From: Candidatus Velthaea sp.
GTDB lineage: Bacteria; Vulcanimicrobiota; Vulcanimicrobiia; Vulcanimicrobiales; Vulcanimicrobiaceae
Reading direction: 5' to 3'
DNA length: 15,045 nt
NCBI GenBank assembly: GCA_965214935.1
Contig: CBDCCS010000012.1
Span: 1-15,045 of the forward strand
Position numbers and translations under genes: made by a program. Numbering within the stretch: position 1 is the first letter of the stretch; each line of letters starts with the position of its first letter. The notes under the pieces are model-generated. The model had not been told where the DNA came from, did not search any database, and was given only the letters and a program-made list of their open reading frames with translations. This document shows positions 6,480-14,961 of this stretch, in pieces.

Positions 6480-7031
6480 ATGCGTGATGAGCCGCACTCG
6501 TCGATAGCGCGCATTCCCGAGCTGCGCTGGCTGCAACAAGTGATTATCGAGCGCGCGCTGACGCGCGGCGACTATTTGTTATCCGGCGGTGCCCGCAGCG
6601 ACTATTATATCGATAAATTCAAGTTGTTTTCCGATCCGCAAATACTGCGCCGCATTGCGCGGCTCTTTGCACCGATCATCGCGGATATGAGTCCGGATCT
6701 CATTGCCGGTACGGAACTCGGCGGCGTGATCTTGGCGACGGCCGTTTCGCAAATGACGAATCTGCCGATGCTCATCGTGCGCAAAGCACCCAAACAATAC
6801 GGCGCGTTCGCCGATGAATACGTTGAAGGCGGCCCGTTCCAGGCCGATCAGAAAGTGCTGCTGCTCGAAGATGTCGTTACGAGCGGCCGCGAAGTGCTCG
6901 CAGCGAAAGCGCGACTCGAAGAGCTCAATCTCAAAGTGTCCGTGTACGCGGTCATTAGTCGCGGGTTAGCGCCGGTGCACTCGCTCATCGCATTTTCGCT
7001 GCCGCGCAGCGGCCCGAAGACCGATAACTGA
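6480..7031 (+). CDS. pyrE: Orotate phosphoribosyltransferase-like type I PRTase
   Basis: LSGGARSDYYID, GTELGGV, flexible loop VRKAPKQYG and PRPP-binding motif VLLLEDVVTSG. Confidence 0.75.
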   Translation: MRDEPHSSIARIPELRWLQQVIIERALTRGDYLLSGGARSDYYIDKFKLFSDPQILRRIARLFAPIIADMSPDLIAGTELGGVILATAVSQMTNLPMLIVRKAPKQYGAFADEYVEGGPFQADQKVLLLEDVVTSGREVLAAKARLEELNLKVSVYAVISRGLAPVHSLIAFSLPRSGPKTDN

Positions 7032-7037
7032 ACTGCA

Positions 7038-7054
7038 GCGAAGCTAAGCTTCGC
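7038..7054. terminator. Short hairpin between convergent genes
   Basis: GCGAAGC-TAA-GCTTCGC spans the stop of the MBL gene, just after the pyrE stop. There is no U-tract on either strand. Confidence 0.3.
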
Positions 7055-7838
7055 GGCGACGCTCGGCGAAGGTCGAACCGATCTCAAACGCGGCGTGATC
7101 GTCAAGCACGATGATCTCACCGTCGAACGCGCGGCGCGCACTCTCGGCGAGGTCGGCCGGCGTTGCTTCACTGGGGTAATGAGTTAACATTAAGCGGCGT
7201 ACGCCGGCCGCCTGCGCCATGCGACCGGCCTCGTATGCCGAGCTATGGCCCCGCGTTCCATGCTCGACATCGCTTGCCAGCAACGTCGCTTCGCACACGA
7301 ATACATCGCTATCGTGCGCGAGGGCAACGACGCGTTCATCCGGCGCGGTATCGGCCGAATACGTTACGCTGCAATCGTCTTGTTCAAAGCGAACGGCGTA
7401 CGCGGGAATATAGTGCGACGTCGTTGCGAAGTGTAAAACGGCCGATCCGATTCGTAGTGTCGTCGCCGGATCGTACGTTGCCAACTCAAAGACGTCGGCG
7501 AGAAAACTGCGACCTTCATCGGCAAACGCGCTAACGAGCATTTCGAGCGTCGCGACGCCGCCGGGCGGCAAATACACGGCAAGCTTGCGTTCGCGCCGAA
7601 GCTTTCCGTAGGTAAGTGCATAGCGCAGCGGCACGAGGTCGAGAAAATGATCGGCGTGCATGTGCGTGATAACGATCGCGTCGAGCCGGTCGTAATCGAC
7701 GTACGGACGTAAATTGGCAAATGCGCCGGTGCCTAAATCGAGCACGACCGATGATTCGCCGGCCTGTATAAGATACGAACTGCAAGCGCGGTTCGGCCGT
7801 GGAATCGATGAGCTCGAACCGACGACCGTCAGCCGCAT
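7044..7838 (-). CDS. MBL-fold metallo-hydrolase (RNase Z/BN-like, YhfI-like)
   Basis: Start re-assigned to ATG 7838 (MRLTVVGSSSSIP), 5 nt after the bcp stop. Motifs: CSSYL, LDLGTG, THMHADH, YSADT, CEAT, HSS, LTHY. Confidence 0.9.
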   Translation of the reverse strand: MRLTVVGSSSSIPRPNRACSSYLIQAGESSVVLDLGTGAFANLRPYVDYDRLDAIVITHMHADHFLDLVPLRYALTYGKLRRERKLAVYLPPGGVATLEMLVSAFADEGRSFLADVFELATYDPATTLRIGSAVLHFATTSHYIPAYAVRFEQDDCSVTYSADTAPDERVVALAHDSDVFVCEATLLASDVEHGTRGHSSAYEAGRMAQAAGVRRLMLTHYPSEATPADLAESARRAFDGEIIVLDDHAAFEIGSTFAERRREA

Positions 7839-7843
7839 GCAGT

Positions 7844-8293
7844 CTACAGCGCCGCGAGGACCGCTTGCGCGTGGCCCTCGACGCTTACTTTCGGCCAAAC
7901 CTTTGTAATCGTTCCGTCAGCGTCGGCGAGAAACGTCGAACGCGCAATGCCCAGACTTCTCTTGCCGTACATGTTCTTCTCGACAATTACGCCGAAAGCG
8001 TCGCAAACGGCGGAATCCGTATCGGCCAACAGCGGAAACGGCAACTCGTATTTGTTCTTGAATTTGCTCTGCGCGGCAACGGAATCGCGGCTGATCCCGA
8101 TCACGGCGACACCCTGCTTAGCAAAATCTGCATACATGTCGCGGAATTGCATCGACTCATTGGTACATCCCGGCGTATCGGCTTTCGGGTAAAAATAAAT
8201 TACCGCTCGCTGACCGAGCGCGGAAAGCGTACAAGCCGAACCGGTATCGTCGAGCACGGTCAGGTCCGGTAGTTTTGCTCCTGCTTCTAACAC
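7844..8293 (-). CDS. bcp: Peroxiredoxin Q / bacterioferritin comigratory protein
   Basis: YFYPKADTPGCT peroxidatic motif, GISRDS, LPFPLLAD and RSTFL. GTG start at 8293 with GGAGG (8304-8300) 6 nt upstream. Confidence 0.93.
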   Translation of the reverse strand: MLEAGAKLPDLTVLDDTGSACTLSALGQRAVIYFYPKADTPGCTNESMQFRDMYADFAKQGVAVIGISRDSVAAQSKFKNKYELPFPLLADTDSAVCDAFGVIVEKNMYGKRSLGIARSTFLADADGTITKVWPKVSVEGHAQAVLAAL

Positions 8294-8423
8294 GACAATC
8301 CTCCAGCAGACGGGTAATGATCGGAAACGCGCAGCGTACGACGAATGACGGCGCGTGCGTCGAGCGTAGCGTCTCAAGGCAATGTGATGGACCGCAACCC
8401 CTTGCGTACAAAAGGAGCCGCCT

Positions 8424-8993
8424 ATGTTCGACCATTCTCCGCACGGCGCGCATCCGCTTGCGACCCAACTTGCGACGCGTTATGCGGATGACGGCATGAC
8501 CCGGCCGGTCATCGAGATTGCCGCCGGATCCGGCCGGAACACTCGCCACTTCGTCGACCTTCACATCCCGATCGTGTCGTTGCGCGACGACGAGCCGTAC
8601 ACGCAATTGCCCGGCGGCCGAGACCTCTATGCCGCAGCCCTATCGACGCACGGCTATCTGCACGGAACCGTCGACAAACTCCGGCTTGGATTCGCTGAAT
8701 TACGGCGCGTGCTGCAGCCCAAGGCGCCGGCCTATTTCACGCTGGGGTCGATGAGAGACGCGCGCTTCGGTCTCGGTGTCGCTGTCGATGAAGTGACGTT
8801 CGCACCGGGCGACGGCGATGAAGCCGGCATTCCGCACGCGTACTTCGATCGCGACGGCGCCCTCGACGTGCTCAAAGGCACATTTTCGATCGATTCACTC
8901 GAAGAGCATAACGTTGACGCAATCGCCGGCCGCTGGGCGCATGCAATGCCGCGTGACATGTGGCACTGGTTTGTGATCGCGCGGTGCGCTTGA
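8424..8993 (+). CDS. Small class I SAM-dependent methyltransferase-like protein
   Basis: SD AAAGGAG (8411-8417). Motif I-like VIEIAAGSGRNT and post-motif ELRRVLQPKAPAY. Confidence 0.65.
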   Translation: MFDHSPHGAHPLATQLATRYADDGMTRPVIEIAAGSGRNTRHFVDLHIPIVSLRDDEPYTQLPGGRDLYAAALSTHGYLHGTVDKLRLGFAELRRVLQPKAPAYFTLGSMRDARFGLGVAVDEVTFAPGDGDEAGIPHAYFDRDGALDVLKGTFSIDSLEEHNVDAIAGRWAHAMPRDMWHWFVIARCA

Positions 8994-9007
8994 GCGCCTA
9001 ACGCCAC

Positions 9008-9322
9008 CTAGTAGCGCGGAACCGCCGGATCGAGCGCCGACCAGGCATCGATCCCGCCGTCGAGGTTAACGGCGTTGGGAAAGCCCGCGGCGTTGAGGTA
9101 GCCCGTTACCTGAGCGCTGCGCCCACCGTGATGACACATGACGACGATCGGCCGATCGGACGGCAGCGATGCAACGTTCGCCGGAATCTCGGCCATGCGA
9201 ATTGCCGTTGCGCCGGCGACCGACGCGACGGCGAGTTCATCGGGCTCGCGAACGTCGAGCAGCATGAAGTCTTCCCGGGCGTCGAACCGGCGCTTGAGTT
9301 CGGCGGCGCTGATCTCGATCAC
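9008..9322 (-). CDS. Single-domain rhodanese (sulfurtransferase)
   Basis: LLDVREPDE, active-site loop CHHGGRS and NLDGGIDAW. The GTG start overlaps the thiG stop (GTGA). Confidence 0.92.
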   Translation of the reverse strand: MIEISAAELKRRFDAREDFMLLDVREPDELAVASVAGATAIRMAEIPANVASLPSDRPIVVMCHHGGRSAQVTGYLNAAGFPNAVNLDGGIDAWSALDPAVPRY

Positions 9323-10107
9323 GAGCGGCCGTCGAAGGCGATGAGCCCGGTCGTCGGGCTAGAGGCGTTGCCGTAGCGCTTCTTCTCCATACGTCCGGCC
9401 AAGAAGGCAAGCCGCCCGGCTTGCGTTGCAAGTTTCATCGCCTGCGCCATCCCGATCGGATCGCGCGCCGCCGCGATGCCGGTGTTCATCAGCAGCGCGT
9501 CGATCCCGAGTTCCATAGCCAGCGCTGCATCGGATGCCGTTCCGACGCCGGCATCGACGATGACCGGAACTCCGGCTCGCTCCTTGATGATGGCAATCGA
9601 GTAGGGATTGCAAATGCCGAGGCCGCTGCCGATCGGAGCGGCCAGCGGCATAACGGCCGCACAACCGACGGCCTCGAGAATTTTGCATGCAACCGGATCG
9701 TCGACGATGTACGGCAACACCGTGAAACCGGCGCGCACGAGTTCCTCGGCCGCCGCGATTGTCTCACGCGTGTCGGGATACAACGAATCCGGGTCGCCGA
9801 TCACTTCAACTTTGATGAGGTCGGTACCGAGCGCTTCACGCGCGAGCTTCGCCGTGAGCACCGCTTCCTTGGCAGTGAAACATCCGGCGGTATTCGGCAG
9901 CAGCGTAAAGCGCGTGCGATCGAGGTAATCAACGAGTGTTTTGCCGCTCGGATCATCGAGATGGATGCGCCGGATCGCGACGGTTAAAACCTGCGCGCCG
10001 CTGGCGGTGTGCGCGGCTTGCATGACCGGAATCGACGGATACTTTCCGGTTCCGACAAACAGCCGCGATTCGAACGTATATGCACCGATGTGCAATGAGT
10101 CGGTCAC
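9319..10107 (-). CDS. thiG: Thiazole synthase
   Basis: [48 protein letters not shown] and ASSP. Start re-assigned to GTG 10107, with GAGGTG (10119-10114) upstream. Confidence 0.97.
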   Translation of the reverse strand: MTDSLHIGAYTFESRLFVGTGKYPSIPVMQAAHTASGAQVLTVAIRRIHLDDPSGKTLVDYLDRTRFTLLPNTAGCFTAKEAVLTAKLAREALGTDLIKVEVIGDPDSLYPDTRETIAAAEELVRAGFTVLPYIVDDPVACKILEAVGCAAVMPLAAPIGSGLGICNPYSIAIIKERAGVPVIVDAGVGTASDAALAMELGIDALLMNTGIAAARDPIGMAQAMKLATQAGRLAFLAGRMEKKRYGNASSPTTGLIAFDGRS

Positions 10108-10123
10108 GGTCGTCACCTCGTTC

Positions 10124-10324
10124 TTAGCCGCCCGCAACGGCGGAAATGATTTCGATCGTATCGCCGTCGCGCACCAGCGTCGCGTCGAGCGTACTGCGTA
10201 AAACGATATCGTAATTCCGGGCAACGGCGATACCGGCTCGCGCAACACCGAGCGAGGTCAGCAAGTCGCCCAGTGTCGTGCCGTCGGCAACCTCACGCGG
10301 CCGGCCGTTGAGATTGATGGTCAT
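10124..10324 (-). CDS. thiS: Thiamine sulfur carrier protein
   Basis: 66 aa from ATG 10324: MTINLNG...IAVARN...[14 protein letters not shown], with a C-terminal GG. The start overlaps the thiO stop (TAATG). Confidence 0.95.
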   Translation of the reverse strand: MTINLNGRPREVADGTTLGDLLTSLGVARAGIAVARNYDIVLRSTLDATLVRDGDTIEIISAVAGG

Positions 10325-11454
10325 TACCGCGCATGATTCGCGAGTGCTACCGTGCTCTCCGGCGCGTCGCGCGTCAACCCGAACGCGTCGAGTGCCGTCG
10401 CGCTGCGACCGGTGAGGACGATGTCGGCGATTGCCCGGGCGGTCACCGGCGTGAGCAGGATGCCGTTGCGATAGTGACCGGCAGCGACGAAATAGCCTTC
10501 GAGCGGCGTTGCGCCGAGATACGGTCGCGCATCGGGCGTACCCGGACGCAGCCCCGCCCACGTTTCAACCACGGCAAACCCTTTGAGTGCCGGCGCGATC
10601 CGTAGCGCGGCATCGAGCAGCGCATGCAGCCCGCCCGCCGTCACACGGCTGTCGAAGCCGCGGTCGCGCACGGTAGCACCGACCAGCAAGCGGCCGTCGT
10701 CGCGGGGAACCAGATACGCGTGCTCGTGCCGGATCAACGCACGTAAGAAGCCGAGCGGAACGGCAATGGCCAGCATTTCGCCGGCGACCGGAAACACCGG
10801 GATCTGCGCCGCTGCCGGTACGCCGTCAAGCGCGCCGGCCCACGCGCCCGCTGCATTCACGACCGCAGCCGCGGCAATGAAACCGCGCTCGCTGCGCAGG
10901 CCGCGAACGCGCCGTGCATCGGCGTCGAGCGCGACGCGGTCGACGCTCTCGAAGCGGACGTTAGACGAGCGGCACGCAGCGACGAGCGCCCGGCCCAGCC
11001 GGCGATTATCGATTTGCGCTTCGTTGGCGATAAAAAGCGAACCGCTGACCGAAGCGCCGACCGCTGCCTCGCGGGCAAGCGTCGCCGTCCGGTCGAGCAA
11101 GCTGACGTCACCGCCGTTGCGGGCGTAGACCGGCGCCAGCGCTTCGAGCCGCGCCAGATCGGCCGCATCGAGCGCTACGTGCAGCGTTCCACACGTCAGT
11201 AGATGCGCGTCGAGACCGGTCCGCTCGCGAAGTTCGGCGACGTATGACGGATAGAGTTCGAGCGATGCGCGACAGAGCGCGAGAAAGGCCGTGTCCGGCA
11301 TCTCTTCGGAAAACGGCGCGAGCATACCGGCACCGGCCCAAGAAGCGGCGCGAACCGGCTCGGCCCGTTCGAAGACGGTCACATCGGCGCCGCGCTTTGC
11401 CAATTCGTAGGCGATCCCCGCACCAATGAGTCCGCCGCCGATAATGGCGATCAT
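10324..11454 (-). CDS. thiO: Glycine oxidase
   Basis: Start ATG 11454. FAD motif IIGGGLIG, ASWAGAGML, WAGLRPGTPD and GHYRNGILL. Directly upstream of thiS-thiG. Confidence 0.93.
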   Translation of the reverse strand: MIAIIGGGLIGAGIAYELAKRGADVTVFERAEPVRAASWAGAGMLAPFSEEMPDTAFLALCRASLELYPSYVAELRERTGLDAHLLTCGTLHVALDAADLARLEALAPVYARNGGDVSLLDRTATLAREAAVGASVSGSLFIANEAQIDNRRLGRALVAACRSSNVRFESVDRVALDADARRVRGLRSERGFIAAAAVVNAAGAWAGALDGVPAAAQIPVFPVAGEMLAIAVPLGFLRALIRHEHAYLVPRDDGRLLVGATVRDRGFDSRVTAGGLHALLDAALRIAPALKGFAVVETWAGLRPGTPDARPYLGATPLEGYFVAAGHYRNGILLTPVTARAIADIVLTGRSATALDAFGLTRDAPESTVALANHAR

Positions 11455-11461
11455 GCGCGGT

Positions 11462-13120
11462 TCAACAGTTCGTGTAAACGGGGCCCTCGCCACCCTGCGG
11501 CGGCACCCAGGTAATGATTTGATACGGATCCATGATATCGCAGGTCTTACAATGGACGCAATTTGCAAAGTTAATTTGCAGCGATCCGGTGATGCCGCCG
11601 GCGGTCTGCGTGAATTGCGGCTCGTAGACTTTAGCCGGACAAAAGTATTGGCACGGGTTACCGAATTCGACCGTACACCGGTCGGCGCAGATTGCGGTAT
11701 CGGCGACGTGCAAGTGCGCGGGCTGATCTTCGTCGTGCATGGTGCCGCTGTTGAACACGTCGGTCAACTTATCGAAGGTTAACACGTTGTCGGGATCGAC
11801 ACGCCGATCGGCTTGTCTGGGCGCACGCTGCGTGATCTTCACCATGCGCTCGTGTCCGGCATGGCCGCTGAGCTTGTCGACAAGGCCGAAGCCGCGCCCG
11901 CCGCCGAGCATTCCCAGTGCGGCGTTGATCATGCCGCCGAAAAGTCCGGTCTTGAAGCCGGCATGAAAGTTGCGCGCCGCGTGCAGTTCGCCGAACGCCC
12001 ACGAGTCGCGGAACTTCGCTTCGTAGGCAGCGAGCGCGGCCGCGCTGACGTCGTTTGCTTCGAGCGCATCGAAGATTGCTTCGGCTGCAAGCATCCCGGA
12101 TTTCATTGCAAGATGAATGCCCTTGAGTCGCATTCCGTTCAAAAAGCCGGCCGAGTCGCCGATCAGGCAAAGTCCGTCCGCGTAGAGCCGCGGCATGGCG
12201 TGCAGGCCGCCTTCGGGGATCGCCTTGGCGCCGTAGCGCAGTAACGTTCCGCCTTCGAGAAACGGCTTGATCGCCGGCAGCAGTTTCATCTGTCCGAAGA
12301 GCTGGTGCGGATCGGTCGTCGGATCGGTGTAATCGAGTCCGGTTACGAGACCGATGTCGATGATGTTGCCGTTCATGCCGTAAAGCCAGCCGCCCCCAAA
12401 CGTATCGGCCGGCAACGGCGCTCCCAGCGTATGGATGACGTCGCCCGGCGCGAGCCGTCCGGGCGGAACTTGCCACAACTCCTTGATACCGACGGCGTAC
12501 ACTTGCGGACCGCGATCCCGGTCGAGTCCAAGTTTGGCGATCGCGGTTTTTGCCAGCGTCCCGCGCGGCCCTTCGCCCAGCACGACGACCTTCGCCGTGA
12601 GATCCGGCCCCGGTTCGTAATTCGTCTTGGGCTTGCCGTCGCGACCGACGCCTTTATCCCCGACACGAACGCCGACGACGCGATCGCCGTCCCACAGCAG
12701 TTCTTGACCGGGAAAGGCCGCAAATACATCGACCCCGGCAGCTTCGGCTTTCGCGCCGAGCCACTTCGTGAGCCGGTTTAACGATGCAACGTACTTGCCG
12801 GAATTATCGAGAACCGGCGGAACGATCGGCGCCGCGATCTTTCCGCGCGGCGTGAGATACCACATTGCGTCGGAGGCCACCGGTGCGTCGAGCCCGCCGG
12901 TGATGTCTTCACCGGGAAACAACTCGTGCAACGTTTTGGGATCGACGACCGCGCCGGACAATCCGTGATTGCCGATATCGCCGCCTTTTTCGATCACCAT
13001 CACGCTCACGTCGCGGCCCGCGGCAGCCGCTAAAGCACGCAGCCGGATCGCGCCGGCTAAGCTCGCCGGCCCGCCTCCGACAAACAACACATCCACTTCA
13101 AGCGAATCACGGTCGGGCAT
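11462..13120 (-). CDS. Electron transfer flavoprotein-quinone oxidoreductase (ETF-QO)
   Basis: VGGGPASL, LSGAVVDP, GIKELW, GGGWLY, YGAKAIPEGG, GDSAGFLN..RLKGIHLAMKSG, and C-terminal 4Fe-4S ligands CPAKVY...CVHCKTCDIMDP. Start is ATG 13120; GTG 13123 and 13132 are alternatives. Confidence 0.95.
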   Translation of the reverse strand: MPDRDSLEVDVLFVGGGPASLAGAIRLRALAAAAGRDVSVMVIEKGGDIGNHGLSGAVVDPKTLHELFPGEDITGGLDAPVASDAMWYLTPRGKIAAPIVPPVLDNSGKYVASLNRLTKWLGAKAEAAGVDVFAAFPGQELLWDGDRVVGVRVGDKGVGRDGKPKTNYEPGPDLTAKVVVLGEGPRGTLAKTAIAKLGLDRDRGPQVYAVGIKELWQVPPGRLAPGDVIHTLGAPLPADTFGGGWLYGMNGNIIDIGLVTGLDYTDPTTDPHQLFGQMKLLPAIKPFLEGGTLLRYGAKAIPEGGLHAMPRLYADGLCLIGDSAGFLNGMRLKGIHLAMKSGMLAAEAIFDALEANDVSAAALAAYEAKFRDSWAFGELHAARNFHAGFKTGLFGGMINAALGMLGGGRGFGLVDKLSGHAGHERMVKITQRAPRQADRRVDPDNVLTFDKLTDVFNSGTMHDEDQPAHLHVADTAICADRCTVEFGNPCQYFCPAKVYEPQFTQTAGGITGSLQINFANCVHCKTCDIMDPYQIITWVPPQGGEGPVYTNC

Positions 13121-13150
13121 CACCGCGCGCACTTCGCGTTTGCGTGCGCG

Positions 13151-13934
13151 TCATCCGGCTTGCGCGAGTACGGTCGTTACCGCGATACGGTGCATTGCAA
13201 TTCGCTCGTCCCACGGCCGTAGCATCGGCGTCTCGAAGGTCAAGCTCGCGGCACAGGCTTGGCGTAACAAAAATAGCGACATCGGCAACCCAGCCGGAAA
13301 ATAACGCGATTCCTCACGCGCATCGACCGTCACCGTTCCATGTCCGATCGTCTGGCAGATGCGCGCTTCGGGCGGCGAACCGAGATCAAAGCTCAAGTCG
13401 GCAAGATCCTGAATCGGCAGACCCTGACTCTCAACGGCCCGAACGGCGGCCGCGGCGAAGCGCGGTGTCGCCCGCGGCGCTAGCGGTTCGAAGCCGTAAA
13501 AAACCGTGCGCCTCGAAATCTTCATGTAAGTCGATCGACAGCAGAAACCGCCGGTCGCGATTCGATGCAATGACCGCGCGAGACTCGGGCGTGAGGCCGC
13601 CGCGACTGAAACTGCGGTTGATATCTTGACCCTCGGCGTTTGCGCGCGTGTGCGCGGCATAACCGCTGGGATTGAGACACGGCCAGATACGATAAGCGAA
13701 ACGATCGTCCAGCAGCCGGTCGGCGACGAGTGAAAGCAGCGCCCATGGCGCGGCCGGTTCATCGCCATGCATACCCGACGATAATGCAACGACCGGCGCG
13801 TCGTCGGAGCCGGTTTCAACGACGAAAATCGTGCGCGGCGCGCCGACGCAGGCGACCTCGCGAATCCGCAGGTCGTGCGAAGCGCGTTGCGCTTTCCAGG
13901 CGGCGATCAGCTCCGGGTAGGTGGGCTTTTGCAT
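13151..13934 (-). pseudogene. M14-type zinc carboxypeptidase / succinylglutamate desuccinylase-aspartoacylase family gene with one frameshift
   Basis: ORF 13431..13934 carries GMHGDE, NPSG, DINRSF and DLHED. ORF 13151..13819, in another frame, carries the continuation FYGFEP...LTFETP. Removing one T from the T6 run (13498-13503) joins them into a 260-aa protein. This may be an assembly error rather than a true pseudogene. Confidence 0.8.
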
Positions 13935-13968
13935 GCGAGCGACTTATTCGGCAGAGCATCGCCGGCTC

Positions 13969-14961
13969 TTAGCGCCGGCAGAGCTGTCGTAATGACGACG
14001 CGGTACGTTCGCACGGCCCCATCCGGTCGAGGTCCGCTAATGCCGACCGGACGTCGGCGGCTTGAATTTCGAGCAAGCCCGGATCGGTGCTGCATCCGTG
14101 CGGATCGCCGAGCTTGCCGGCCCAGAGGGTCCGGTGATACGGACGTCCGGCGGGCGGGCCCCACCAGGCCGGCGGGATCGGTCCGAACAACACGACCGAC
14201 GGCGTTCGAAAAGCCGTCGCTAAATGGGCGACGCCGGTGTCGCCGCAAACGACGCGGCCGGCGTTGGCAACGAGCGCCGCAAGCTCGAGCAGATCGGTCC
14301 GCCCGGCGTAGACACACTCCGGTGCGATTCCGGCCCGATCGGCAATGGCACCGGCCCGTTCGCGGTCGCCGACATCGCCCGTTACAATGACCGTCCGGCC
14401 CGACCGCATCTCCTCGCGTGCCACTTCCGCCCAACGGTCGATCGGCCAACGGCGAGCTTCGCTCGCTGCCGACGGATGCAGGAGCGTCGCACCGCGAGCG
14501 TGCCGCGCCGGCTGCACCGGCGGAACCGGCAGGTCGAGGTCATCCGCTTCCGTCGGAATGCCGGCGTACTCGAGCATCCGGCACCAGCGCCGGACCTCGT
14601 GCTCGTCGGCACGCCACGGCGCGCCGGCTTGCGATTGGCCGACGTCGGCGTGCGCGAACGAGATCAACCGGCGCGGCGTAGCGGCAAGTAAATAGCGTTG
14701 ACTCTGCGGTCCGCGCCCATGCAGATCGACGGCAACTTCTGCTGCGTGTAACTCCGCGGCGAGGGGCTGGAGGGGCGCCGTATCCCGCACCCGGTCTATA
14801 CACGTTACCAGCCCGGCCAGCGGCGCAAGCGCGCGCGGCGCAGCTAAAATGATTTCGCGATCCGAGAACGCCCGAGCGATCGCCCGATACGCCGGAACGC
14901 CGGTCAAAAAATCGCCCAGCCCGAGCGGCCGCAGCATGACGACGAACGGCCGAGCGCTCAT
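13969..14961 (-). CDS. Glycosyltransferase family 9 (ADP-heptose heptosyltransferase-like)
   Basis: LRPLGLGDFL, VDLHG, LHPSAASEARRWP and VCGDTGVAHLATAFRTPSVVLFGP. Confidence 0.92.
   Translation of the reverse strand: MSARPFVVMLRPLGLGDFLTGVPAYRAIARAFSDREIILAAPRALAPLAGLVTCIDRVRDTAPLQPLAAELHAAEVAVDLHGRGPQSQRYLLAATPRRLISFAHADVGQSQAGAPWRADEHEVRRWCRMLEYAGIPTEADDLDLPVPPVQPARHARGATLLHPSAASEARRWPIDRWAEVAREEMRSGRTVIVTGDVGDRERAGAIADRAGIAPECVYAGRTDLLELAALVANAGRVVCGDTGVAHLATAFRTPSVVLFGPIPPAWWGPPAGRPYHRTLWAGKLGDPHGCSTDPGLLEIQAADVRSALADLDRMGPCERTASSLRQLCRR

Noticed and set aside
7839..8377. Longer starts given in the ORF track for the MBL hydrolase (7898) and bcp (8377); likewise thiG 10248, thiS 10561 and thiO 11568
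   Set aside because: The extensions overlap neighbouring genes or lack family similarity. The downstream starts fit SD motifs, gene junctions and family N-termini better.
10124..13934. M14 peptidase as a maturation enzyme for the ThiS C-terminus
   Set aside because: ThiS already ends in Gly-Gly followed by a stop, so no trimming is needed.
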